From the NCBI RefSeq assembly GCF_039654945.1, contig NW_027361688.1, positions 12,710,001-12,774,000 on the forward strand: a stretch of 64,000 bases of DNA, given 5' to 3'. Position 1 is the first letter of the stretch. Every line of letters starts with the position of its first letter. Positions 36,932 to 59,551 of the stretch are shown here, in pieces. The position numbers and the translations under genes were made by a program. Under the pieces are notes generated by a model that made no database searches, was not told where the DNA came from, and saw only the letters and a list, made by a program, of their open reading frames with translations. The stretch is from Dendrobates tinctorius. Taxonomy: Eukaryota.

Positions 36932-39900
36932 ATGGCGGCGTCCATGAGACACGCTCTCCGGTCCCTCTCTCGCCTTTCCCGGCCCCGTGTGCGCTGTCTA
37001 TCCAGTCTCTCTGACCCTTTAGTGTCCGGGACACGCCGGGGTCTTTTTAAGGATGTGTTCCCGGCTGAGACCGCCAGGCTGCATCTCCAGGAGCTCCTGT
37101 CCTCCGGCCCTCAGACCGTATACTGCGGCTTTGACCCCACGGCAGACTCGCTACACGTGGGGAATCTGCTGGCCGTGCTGGGTCTCCTCCACTTTCACCG
37201 GGCCGGGCACCATGTCATCGCTGTAGTCGGCGGGGCCACTGCTCAGATCGGGGACCCCAGCGGCCGTCACCGGGAGAGGGCGCCCCTGAGCCCGGAGCAG
37301 CTGGCGGAGAACGTGCGGGGGATCCGGGACTCGCTGCACCGCATCTTCTCCAACTACGAGGGGCCGGTGCGGGCCGGCGGGCGGGTGACGGTGCTGGATA
37401 ACGCCGCCTGGTACCGGCAGCGCTCGGCCGTGGACTTCCTGGCCTCGGTGGGCAGACACTTCCGCATGGGCACCCTGCTGAGCAGACACAGTGTGCAGAG
37501 CCGCCTCAGCTCCGCGGAGGGCATGAGCCTGGCAGAGTTCACCTACCAGGTGTTCCAGGCCTATGACTTCTACTACCTGCACCAGAAGCATGACTGCAAG
37601 ATCCAGCTGGGCGGCACCGACCAACTGGGCAACCTCATGTCCGGGCACGACTTCATACAGAGGTGCGGGCCCCCGAAAGGGCCATCTGATCCCTACCCCC
37701 CGCTGTAGGACTGGGGCATCTGAAAGGGGCTAATCTGATCTCCACCCCCTTCTACAGGAACGGGGCAGCCGAAAGGGGCATCTGGTCTCTACCCATATAG
37801 GAATGGAGAACAGAAAGGGGCATCTAGTCTTTACCCCCTGCTGCAGGAATGGGGCACCTGTAAGAGGCTCATCTGATCTCTACCCCCTTCTACAGGAACG
37901 GGGCACCTGATCTCTACCCCTATAGGAATGGGGCACCTGAAAGGGGCTCATCTGATTCCTACTCCCCTTACAGGAATGAGGCACCCGAAAGGGGCATCTG
38001 ATCCCTACCCCCGCTGTAGGATCGGGGCACCTGAAAGGGGCTCATCTGATCTCTACCCCCCTCTACAGGAACAGGTCATCTGATCTCTACCCCCCTCTAC
38101 AGCAACGGGGCATCTGATCTCTACCCCTATAGGAATGGGGCCCCTGAAAGGGGCTCATCTGACCCCTAAACACCCTCCTCCTTCCTCCCCCGCCCCGCTG
38201 CAGGAATGGGCCACATGCAAGGGGCTCATCTGACCCCTACCTCCCGCTGCAGGAATGGGCCACCAGAAAGGGGCTCATCTGATTTCTAGTCCACCCCGTC
38301 TACAGGAAAGGGGCATCTGAATGGGGCTAATTTTCTCTACGTCCCCCACAACCACCCTTTTAAATTCCCCTACAAATCTTGACAGCAGCATTTAGAGTGT
38401 GAGATTTGAGCATTGCACTGTTCATCATCCATTGACCCATCAACATGATCACTGGGTGCCGATGGATTCACGTGTCCTCTGGTAGTTTACTAATAGGTCT
38501 CCATGGATATCATGTAACAAGCGAGCCAACGATTAAGGGACTTAAGATTTAAAGTTTGGGGGAAAAAAAATCTGCCTTTCAATATATATAGGAATAGGTT
38601 TAGCGTGCACTCGGTCTTATTATGAATGAGGTGCTGGTGTAACGGACCTGGTGGTCCCAATATAGAGTAATTATATAATTCACCGCACACTCTTGTGGAT
38701 TATCATGCCAAATAGTTTAAATTTTATTAACACACAATCTGGGAGCGTAACAGAATAATGCAATGGAAGCGATATATAGAACGTTTCGGCTCCACCGGAG
38801 CCTTTATCACACAATCGCTTAATCCAGTGCCATACAAGAGAAGGGTATAGAGAAGAGGGATGAAAATCCCTGTGGTGTCACAGAGACTAGTCATATGCTA
38901 AAATCCTTATAAAGGTGCCGGGTCACCATCAATGGCTAGTGGGGACCTGCAGGGGTTGCTGTCTAAAGCGGCGCTCCCGCACCTGGCTGAGTCATTCTAT
39001 ATATCACTTCCATTGCATTATTCTGTTACGCTCCCAGATTGTGTGTTAATAAAATTTAAACTATTTGGCATGATAATCCACAAGAGTGTGCGGTGAATTA
39101 TATAATTACTCTTTCAATATATATACACTTTTTCAAACAGATTTTGTTTGCCCTGTTTTAAGCATTTGATCTGTCAAAATCAAATATTTAACCTATACTG
39201 TAAAGCAAATGCTACAACGCAATCAAGACTTCATACGTGTACCCTAAAATGGTGTATAAAAACTACAGCTCCACACACTAAAACCAAAACCTCACACAGC
39301 TCCATCCATGGAAAAATAAATTCTTGGGTCTCAGAAAATAACGATACATCCTGTATATTCACTATTTACTAAGCACAGGAAACGCATCCCTCATAAATGT
39401 AGTTATGTTTGTTCTCCTGCAGGAAATCCACCATATGAACATACCCATAAGGGCTGCGATAGTCTCCGTACTCATGCAGGAATTAGAAACCCCCTCCTAC
39501 AGATATATAGATATGGGTCATTCTCAGGGGGGTGCGATCTATGTGGTCAGGATTTTATATTGACCCTCAGTCTTTACACAGGACCACAGGAGAAGACGTG
39601 TTCGGGATCCTGTTGCCGCTTATCACAAGCACCACCGGAGATAAGCTGGGCAAGTCTGCCGGAAACGCCGTATGGCTGAACAGAGAGCGGACGTCACCGT
39701 TTGAGTTTTACCAGTTCTTTGTACGGCAGCAAGATGGCAACGTGGAGAGGTGATGTGTGCAAGATTAGGATAGGGGGGCTGGAATATGCTTTATAATTAG
39801 CTGTCTTAAATGCGAACACAGAGGGAACGTTGCTCACTTCAGAAGGTGAGAGGCGCTAATGACACGTCTGCACATCCCTCCATGATACCTGCCGCTCGAT

Positions 39901-41030
39901 GCAGGCGCCCTGTTGGTATGTGCAGACACATCGTCATCAGTGCTGCTCGCCTAGCGATGCAGGAGTAGGCAACGCTGCACAATTAAGCCAGTTTCACACA
40001 TCCAACATTTATGGGCCACGTACAGACCACCATGTCCAGACCAGCCACGGGTCTCCCAATGAAACCTCAGATCACAGTTGTGAATGGAGCCTTAGTGTAT
40101 TAATATACACTATAGACCTGGAAGGTCGGTCGCCGTTCTTGTTGGCGATGGATCCCCTGTGTATTTATAGTGTTTTTTGTTTTTTTTTCCTTAGGTTCCT
40201 AAAACTTTTCACTTTCCTTCCCCTCCCGGAGATTGCACACATTATGGAACAACACGCCAAGGAGCCGGAGAAACGGATACCCCAGAAGAGACTGGCAGCA
40301 GAGGTGACAAAGCTCGTCCATGGCAAAGAAGGACTGGAGTCAGCCAAGAGGTGAGGTGTCAGCCCATTATCATCATAGCAGGTGCCTCCGTCCATCCCTC
40401 CAGGTCCAGTTCTGATGCTCATGTGTCCATTGCTCTTATGGAGAATAGAAAGATGCCAAAAAAAAACCCCATTATATTTATAAAATGTATTTATTTTAAT
40501 GCATGGCTGTAATATCCACCTTTCTCCACTAGGTGCACGCAGGCTCTCTATCACAGCAGCATTGACGCTCTGGCAACCATGTCTGATCAAGAACTACAGG
40601 AACTCTTCCAGGGAGCCCCTTTTGCCGAATTTTTGCTGGAACCTGGTACTAGGGTGCTGGACGCCTGTCTGAAAGTGTCAGCTATCCCAGAAGGTGTCCG
40701 TGGGTAGGTATTTTAATGTTTACGAGTCAAAAAGACCAGTTTATTTCCCGCCATGTGGTTTTTCAGGCAAAAGGGAGGACTTTGGCTGCTGGGGTGATGG
40801 GCATGGAGTAGGTCTATCGTGTGCAAATATGGGGGAGAGACCCTGTAACTGAATGTCCTTTACCCTTCAGCTTTGACATACTGAGCAGCGGGGGAGTAAG
40901 CTTCAACCACATGAGAGTGACAAACCCAGACGAGGTCCTGGTGGTCGGCCAGCACATCCTAAGCAACGGGCTGTCCCTCATCAAGGTCGGCAAGAAGAAC
41001 ATCTACGTGGTGAAGTGGCTGAGCCTGTGA
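36932..41030 (+). CDS. YARS2: Mitochondrial tyrosine-tRNA ligase, 5 exons, 461 aa
   Basis: Exons 36932-37662, 39582-39749, 40195-40350, 40533-40703, 40871-41030 (1386 nt, GT-AG). Arg/Ser/Leu-rich presequence, [15 protein letters not shown] (HIGH motif), [15 protein letters not shown] (KMSKS motif), S4-like C-terminus. Confidence 0.97.
37680..38330. repeat. Degenerate ~30-45-bp minisatellite at the start of YARS2 intron 1
   Basis: Recurring CATCTGATCTCTACCCC...CAGGAATGGGGCACCTGAAAGGGG. Confidence 0.85.
38591..39110. mobile_element. Penelope-like retroelement fragment with an inverted ~118-bp duplication
   Basis: TSD CTTTCAATATATATA (38576-38590 / 39111-39125). Inverted arms at 38664-38781 and 38995-39112. 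Hammerhead-like TGATAAAGGCTCC-GGT-GGAGCCGAAACGTT on the - strand. Confidence 0.65.
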
Positions 41031-41109
41031 CGGCAGCCGCCTGGCGCTGAGGCGGATGATACTCTCACTAAGTGAGACAGCTTTGTACTATGGGACAATG
41101 ATGGATTTT

Positions 41110-41115
41110 AATAAA
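41110..41115 (+). terminator. Candidate YARS2 polyadenylation signal
   Basis: AATAAA 80 nt after the stop codon. Confidence 0.55.
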
Positions 41116-42590
41116 TAACTGTATCAGTTGGGTATTACACTAATTCTCGTGTCGGTTCTTTCTCCCCCTTACATCTAAGTGGTAGATATATAGACTGAGG
41201 TCTCCAGCCATAGACAGTTGAAATGCTTCTTTAATGTGTTGGAGCCCCTGTGGATCAGTGGGGTCTATCCGGGTCCTGAGACTCCTACTTATCACTCAAA
41301 CCACTGTGCAGACGTACACATTGATGTACAGGCCCATAGACTCTCTTGAGTTCTGCTTCTCAGTTGTTTGAGTGATTGGTGGGGGTAGAGAGACCTTTTC
41401 AGGGACCTATTAGGACTATTTTACCACTGACACTTGGTATAGATATACAGGACCTGGTAAAAGATGAAAAGTGATACCTGTCTTGTAGTAATCCGATGTG
41501 CCAGCGCTGAGAAATTTAGCTTTGAACCTTATGCAAATGATCTTGAAAGTGCATTGGGGGCGTGTCAATATACACCATGCCCCTAACGCACTTCCAGGTT
41601 AATTTACATGTTATTTTAAAGCTCAGTTTCTCAGCGTTAACACATCGGATTACTACAAGACTGGTGTTTTTTATTGTTTCACTAGGTCCTATTCATCCGG
41701 ACCACTAGTTTCAATGATAGAATCATTCCGGCAGGTTCCTTTAAGGATCTTCAAGTTTAGAATTTTCTAACATTGCAAGATTCTCCTTTATGCTTTCTGA
41801 TGGTCCAAGGAATGGAACGGCGATGTTCCAGAGCTCATTTATTCTGGGTCTTCCTCTTATCCAGGTCCTGCTGAATCTCGGGAGGAAAAGCATCCTTGTT
41901 CTTGGTGACGCAGGGGAGGCAGAATCTCTTGGAGTAGAAGAGGCTGCAGTCCTAAAGTTGGGCAGAGGAGACGGTGTCGGGATCAATGAAGTCTTATATA
42001 GGGGGCGGCATAGTGACAATTGGTTTAAGGATAAGTTTGCAATAGAATTTACAGAAGGAATCTGCATCAGACACCAATTTCTGCTTCGGCTATGTAAATT
42101 TCTGGGCAGCGGTTCCACAAAAAAAAAATCAGCATTTTGTGCATGTGAATTTCCACATGTTCTTGCAGAATCTGTAATAATTCACATGCACAAAATGCTG
42201 ATTTTTTTTTTTTTTTTTGTTTTTTTTAATGTAATGCAGATTTTGCTGTTGAATCAGCCCCCCCGAAACCCTTGTAAATCCTTACTGTGTGAACGGACCC
42301 CAAAGTGGCAGAACGTAGACGTGGATTAGATCTGATAAATCTCGGGAATGTCTTCACTATTTTCAGCATAAAATGGATCTAGATTTGGGTTTAGATTTGC
42401 AAATTCTTTGTGCAATAAAAAGTGAATCTTGTGGGGGAACTATTTCCTTAGCGATGTAAAAAAAAAAAACAAAAAAAAAAAAAACAAACTAAAATATACC
42501 GCTTGCAAACCATCAGCAAGCTGCTATGGGATCTGCTACCCTTCAGCTATGTGCACACAGCAGTTTTTAAACTCCGGTGAACCTGCTGGC

Positions 42591-42837
42591 TAGTGATGAG
42601 CGAGTATACTCGTTTCTCGGGTTTTTCCGAGCATGCTCGGGTGTCCTCCGAGTGTTTTGGCGTGCTCGGAGATTTAGTTTTCATCGTCTTATCTGCATGA
42701 TTTGCGACTTGTAGACAGGCTGAATACATGTGGAGATTCCCTAACAAGCAGGCATTCCTCACATGTATTCAGGCTGTCCAGCAGATGAGACGGCGAAAAC
42801 TAAATCTCCGAGCAACGAGTATCCTCGCTCATCACTA
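42591..42837. mobile_element. hAT-type MITE
   Basis: TIR TAGTGATGAGCGAG...CTCGCTCATCACTA, 8-bp TSD CTGCTGGC/CTGCTGAC, palindromic body. Confidence 0.85.
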
Positions 42838-43260
42838 CTGCTGACTGTTCCTTATCAAAAGACGCTTCAGGAAACACTTTTTTTTTCTTTTCTAAAGCAT
42901 CTTGAGTTTCCATTTTGGTAATTCCTCCAGCGTGTTTTCTGATGGCTTTGGGCACTGTTGCTTTTTTTTTTTTTTTATAGATCCCTTCCCCTTTTTATTT
43001 TGTCCTCTTCCCCCCCCTTTTTTTTTTTTTGTTTTTGATTTCTCCCCCTTTTCCCTTTTTTTTCCCCCCAAAAAATTCTAGACAAAAGAACAGTTTCCCG
43101 AGGCATCTTCTGCTAGAAAAACTGACATTTTTGACCACTAGAAAAAGACAGTGATTCCTATTGTGCAGACAGGTTTTTTTTTTTTAAAGCCTTGTTTTCT
43201 AAGATCAAGAGGTGGGGGGAAAAATAAAACACTTTAAGGGTATGGTACGGGATCTTTTTA

Positions 43261-43536
43261 GGGTGTGTGCACATGTTGCGGATTCTGCTGCGGATTTTTC
43301 CGCACAGATTTGTCAAAATCCGCAGGTCCAATGACCTGCGGTTTATCTGCGGATTAGCTGGCCGTTTTCCCCCTGCGGTTTGACACCTGATCATGGAGAA
43401 GGTGCCAAACCGCTGCGGAATCCGCACAAAGAATTGACATGCTGCAGATTTAAATCCGCAACATCTGCACTGCGTTTTCCATTGACTAAAATGGTACTGT
43501 ACAACTCAGCAGAATCCGCAACGTGTGCACACACCC
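43261..43536. mobile_element. PIF/Harbinger-like MITE (same family as 35786-36146)
   Basis: TTA|GGGTGTGTGCACA...TGTGCACACACCC|TTA. Confidence 0.85.
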
Positions 43537-43554
43537 TTACATGTGTTCTCCCTA

Positions 43555-45115
43555 CAGTCATGGCCAAAAGTTTTGAGAATGACACAAATATTATATTTTC
43601 ACATGATCTGCTGGCCTCTGGTTTTTATGTGTGTTTGTCAGATGTTTTTATCACATACAGAAATATAATTGCAATCATATTATGAGTAACAGAAGGTTAT
43701 ATTGACAGTTAGAATGAGTTAATGCAGCAAGTCAATATTTGCAGTGTTGACCCTTCTTCAGGACCTCAGCAATTCTCCCTGGCATGCTCTCAATCAACTT
43801 CTGGATCAAATCCTGACTGATAGCAGTCCATTCTTGCAAAATCAATGCTTTTATTTTGACTGAATTTGAAGGTTTTTGTTTGTCCACCCGTCTCTTGATG
43901 ATTGACCACAAGTTCTCAATGGGATTAAGATCTGGGGAGTTTCCAGGCCATGGTCCCAAAATCTCTATGTTTTGTTCCCTGAGCCATTTAGTTATCACCT
44001 TTGCTTTATGGCAAGGTGCTCCATCATGTTGAAAAAGGCATTGTTGATCGCCAAACTGCTCTTGGACGGTTGGAGAAGTTGCTCTTGGAGGACATTCTGG
44101 TACCATTCTTTATTCATGGCTGTGTTTTTAGGCAAGACTGAGAGAGAGCCCAGTCCCTTGGCTGAGAAGCAACCCCACACATGAATGGTTTCAGGATGCT
44201 TGACAGTTGGCATGAGACAAGACTGGTGGTAGCGCTCACCTGGTCTTCTCCGAATAAGCTGTTTTCCAGATGTCCCAAACAATCGAAAAGGGGATTCATC
44301 AGAGAAAATGACTTTACCCCAGTCCTCAGCAGTCCACTCCCTGTACCTCTTGCAGAATATCAGTCTGTCCATGATGTTTTTCCTGGAGAGAAGTGGCTTC
44401 TTTGCTGCCCTCCTTGAGACCAGGCCTTGCTCCAAGAGTCTCCGCCTCACAGTGCGTGCAGATGCACTCACACCTGCCTGCTGCCATTCCTGAGCAAGCT
44501 CTGCACTGCTGGTAGCCCGATCCCGCAGCTGAAACACTTTTAAGAGACGGTCCTGGCGCTTGCTGGTCTTTCTTGGGCGCCCTGGAGCCTTTTTGGCAAC
44601 AAGGGAACCTCTCTCCTTGAAGTTCTTGATGATGCGATAGATTGTTGACTGAGGTGCAATCTTTCTAGCTGCGATACTCTTCCCTGTTAGGCCATTTTTG
44701 TGCAGTGCAATGATGGCTGCACGTGCTTCTTTAGAGATAACCATGGTTAACAGAAGAGAAACTGATGCCAAGCACCAGCCTCCTTTTAAAGTGTCCAGTG
44801 GTGTCATTCTTACTTAATCATGACAGATTGATCTCCAGCCCTGTCCTCATCAACACCCACACCTGTGTTAATGGAGCAATCACTGAAACGATGTTAGCTG
44901 GTCCTTTTAAGGCAGGGCTGCAATGATATTGAAATGTGTTTTGGGGGATAAAGTTCATTTTCTAGGCAAATATTGACTTTGCAAGTAATTGCTGTTAAAC
45001 TGATCACTCTTTATAACATTCTGGAGTATATGCAAATTGCCATTAGAAAAAATGAAGCAGTAGACTTTGTAAAAATTAATATTTGCGTCATTCTCTAAAC
45101 TTTTGGCCATGACTG
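43555..45115 (-). mobile_element. Full-length Tc1 transposon with short TIRs
   Basis: TA|CAGTCATGGCCAAAAGTTTTGAGAATGAC...GTCATTCTCTAAACTTTTGGCCATGACTG|TA. Confidence 0.96.
43732..44744 (-). pseudogene. Tc1 DD34E transposase with one frameshift (~44070)
   Basis: MVISKE...GRPRK...VIFSDESPF in ORF 43995-44807 switches frame to FQHDGAPCH...[11 protein letters not shown]...CKY* in ORF 43732-44106. Confidence 0.92.
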
Positions 45116-45426
45116 TACAGCACCTTTTGTGATGTTTTACCCTACAAAAAAAAATCCATCAAAAGCTAAATAAGGATATGCACGACATCTTATATTTTTT
45201 GGGTGGATTTTCACACAAAAGGGGAAAGATACTTAAAAAAAAAAAAAACAGCCGGCGTTTTCCTGGCTCTTCTTACGCTTGGGAATCTCGGCTTATGCAC
45301 ATACCCTAAAACCTTTTAGAAAGGAGCATTTCCTGCAGTGGTTTTTCCTTGAAAAAAAAACTTGTTTATATGTGGCAAGGATTACATTTTTTTTTATAAT
45401 TTTTTTGAGGAAAAAAAAAAATTCTC

Positions 45427-45457
<31 letters not shown>

Positions 45458-46483
45458 TATATAAAAATTTCATAGGCACATCTTCTTGACCACAACACGT
45501 TACACTGCCTGTGTTGCCCATAGCATCCAATCACTAAGCGTCTTTCATTTCACCAGAGCTGTTTAAAAGATGAAAGCTGAGCTGTGATTGGTTGCTATGT
45601 GCAACAGTTTTCCTTGTAGACAGTTGTGGTAACTGAGGCCTATTATTCTTATCGTCCTTCTGTAAAGCTGGAAATAACACAATTTATTACCGTGCTGACA
45701 CAGACCACCCTCTGACACAGACTGCAGGGGGAGCCCAGAATCAGGAACTTCTCTTTGTCCGGCATGAAGGGATCCCTGGTAACATAGCATTCCTCCAGGA
45801 GGCTGTAACAAAGTGGGAAATCGCTGCTTAACGGTTGGATAAATAATATATAATGTAGGAATGTGTTGGCCTACTGTTCACTTAAAGGGGTTGATAACAC
45901 TACTTTTTTTGTTGGACAGGTTTCATAAAAATAAACTGATTATAGGGTATTCCCCGCCCCAACAATCATCTGTGTGGGCATCAGGTTTTAACTGTGTGGT
46001 TTGCCTACAGCACTCCCGCAGGCGAAGAGAAGAATTACACCATTTCAATTTCACTCAATGTCAGGTCTTCCATAGCAAAAGAGAACACTCATAGCCACAT
46101 CGGCTGATTATTGATGAGGTTCCTTCACTAGGCCAGTATCTGACAACCCCTAAAGCGCCAAAAAAATGAGTAAATTGTCATGTGGATTTCCAGGTAATAT
46201 GAAGACGAAATGTTTGCTGATCACATTTTACTTACATGATGGATCGTGTATTTGGTGGTTTCTGGCCAAAGTATGAATATGGGACAGATAACCTGCAGAG
46301 CTGACATTCAAATATTCCTTGAGGATTTTGGGATTCATCAAGGTCCATCTGGAAACAGAAACACAAAGTTTATAACTAAGTGTGTAATGCTATGTTTAAT
46401 GGTGTGTATGTGGTATAATGTACCGTTGTGACGCTATCGGCTGTACACGTCACTCGGCACTAGTCGGAAATTAGATAAACACT

Positions 46484-46796
46484 AATATTCTCATCTCCAA
46501 GATCCTATCCCAATATCTAGTAGGTGTAGTAATAATATTAGAAATGTAGTATAGTTCTTCTGATTAGCTATGTCGCTTACCCCATGTGCAGGGCATTGCA
46601 GTAGCTTAGGTATCCATGGTTATGAGCACTCATAGTGTTAGTAACCATAGGATACCGAAGATGCTGCAATGCCCTGCACATGGGGTAAGCGACAGTGAAT
46701 CAGCAGAACTATACTACATTTATAACTGGAGGTATTTGCTAATATTATTATACCCACTACATATTGGGATAGGATATTGGAGATGGGAATACTCCT
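46484..46796. mobile_element. T2/Kolobok-type MITE; related copies at 52991-53280 and 58869-59191
   Basis: Palindromic body, terminus GGAGATGGGAATACTCCT|TTAA. The other copies start AGGGGTATTCC after TTAA. Confidence 0.8.
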
Positions 46797-47923
46797 TTAA
46801 ATAACATTTTTTAAAGATATAAAAAAAAAATTTTAAAAAAGTTGGAATCGCCCAAATTTCCCAATCTGAAAATAAAAAAAATATTTAAAATAATATATTT
46901 GGTATCAAGTCAGATAAAAATCTAAAATTAATTAACATGTAAAGTGCAATACCGTAAGGAAAAAAAAAAAGCGATCTTTTAGTTGCTGCATATTCCACGA
47001 CTAAAAAAATACCATAAAAAGAAAACAAAATTGGTATTAAGTACCACACAAATAAAAACAAACCCTCACACAGCTCTGTCAATGTGGGGAAAAAAAAACA
47101 TTGGGCTCAGAAAATGGGATCAAGACCTAATTTCGGATTTTATTTTTTTTTTTTTTAAACCAATAAAATATATAAAAATAACTAAAATCGCATGTTAAAA
47201 AAATACACAGGCGCAATAAAAAAAAAATAAAACAAAGACACAAAAACGCAATGAAAAACCATACACAAAAAAGAATAAAAAATACACAAAAACGCACAAA
47301 AAAGCATTCAAAAATTTTCAAAAATGCAATAAAAAGCGTTCAAAGCAACAGAAATCCGTACGCAAAGTATAAAAAAAAGCAACAAAAAAAAGCACACAAC
47401 AAAACGTACACAAAAACGCAATAAAAAAAAAAAAAAGCAATAAAAATCATACACAAAATCGCAATAAAAAAAGTAACCTAATTTAAATAATAGGTGCAGA
47501 AATTCAGCAGTATCAAAACCTCGCCCAAAGCTAATTGTGTGAACATAGCCTTAAAAAAAATAGTGAACCCTAGAGGCGGGGGTTAAAACACATGAAACAC
47601 AGATGTAGCAGGGCTTAATGAATTTGCCATTACATTGCTGGTGTCAGGGTTTGCTACCAAGGCTTTTACCTAGGACTGCAGCGCGAGTAATCCCTGACGC
47701 AAACAATGCAACCGATTCAGCTCTGCTACATGAAATCCCCCCCACTGTAGCACATGGCGCAGCAGCACCCATCACATACTGCACTATGGTGCTTCCTCCT
47801 CCAGCACAGGCCCCACTCCTGATCTTCCTGTGCAGGTCTCCTCCTACTGTGGGGAAGGCTTTAGTGCAGCACAGATGATCAGCAGCACTGAGTGCAGCAC
47901 AATCCCAGTGACAGCAGATCAGC

Positions 47924-58515
<10,592 letters not shown>

Positions 58516-58783
58516 GACGCGATCATCCGGGATCCATGCATCAATCAGGAATGTGTCACTTAGGGGTTGCAGACCCATCCTATTATGTCTGGGAATGAAA
58601 CCCTACTAAATCAATAGGCCTTAGCATTATTAGTAAGTACACCGGCTCCCTGACCAAAGGAATGGAAAGTTTAATGAAAAGCTACCTGGAAAAATATACT
58701 TTCCAGCGCCATCTATTTGCTTCATAGTTTTATGAACCTCGATGTAAACTTCCTATTCTTGCTTTTATAGTAATTTTCTGCAC

Positions 58784-58789
58784 AATAAA
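58784..58789 (+). terminator. Candidate TTC38 polyadenylation signal
   Basis: AATAAA about 270 nt after the stop codon. Confidence 0.5.
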
Positions 58790-59551
58790 ATTGTAAAAAC
58801 TGATTTTATAGCTAAATAATAATAACCTCGGTGTGATCTTCCTATTTCTTTGACCGTTTTTAATTAAAAGGGGTATTCCTATATCCAAAATCCTATCCCA
58901 ATAGGTAGTAGGTATGATAATTATATTAGCAAATACCTCCAATTAGAAATGTAGTATAGTTCTTCTGATTAGCTATGTCGCTTTCCCAATAGCTTAGATA
59001 TCCATAGTTACTGTCACTATATGAGTGGTTGTAACCATGGATACTAAGCTACTGCAATGCCCTGCACATGGGGTAAGCGACATAGCTAATCAGAAGGACT
59101 ATACTACATTTCTAACTGGAGGTATTTGCTAATATCATTATGATGACACCTACTACATATTAGGATAGGCTCTTGGAGATGAGAATATCCTTTCGAGGCA
59201 ATTATCTAGAAGCAAAAAATCCATAGGTAACAGCGCCGCACCTGTTTGTGTGTGGTATTGCAGCTCACCGCTGACTTCAATGGAACTGTGCTATAATATT
59301 AGACAACCCAAGGCCAGGTGGGGGAGCTGTTGGAATAAAGCAGTCACCCCCCACACACACACACTTTATTTCTATTACTTTCACCATTCTTTTTATTGCT
59401 GTTTATAACTAAAAGTTACTTATATCACTTCCATGACTACATTATTCCTGGATCTCTTCTCCTATATACTCGTCATGTTCGTCCCCCTTACTTTACCCTT
59501 CTTCACTGATCCCTTAGAAGCTTCCACTGCTCAGATCTGTAGTTGGATATA

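Noticed and set aside
37151-37648. 165-aa antisense ORF over YARS2 exon 1
   Set aside because: Shadow ORF of GC-rich coding sequence.
41741-42329. 125-aa and 179-aa ORFs between YARS2 and TTC38
   Set aside because: No recognisable homology or splice structure, and they run into MITE and poly-T sequence.
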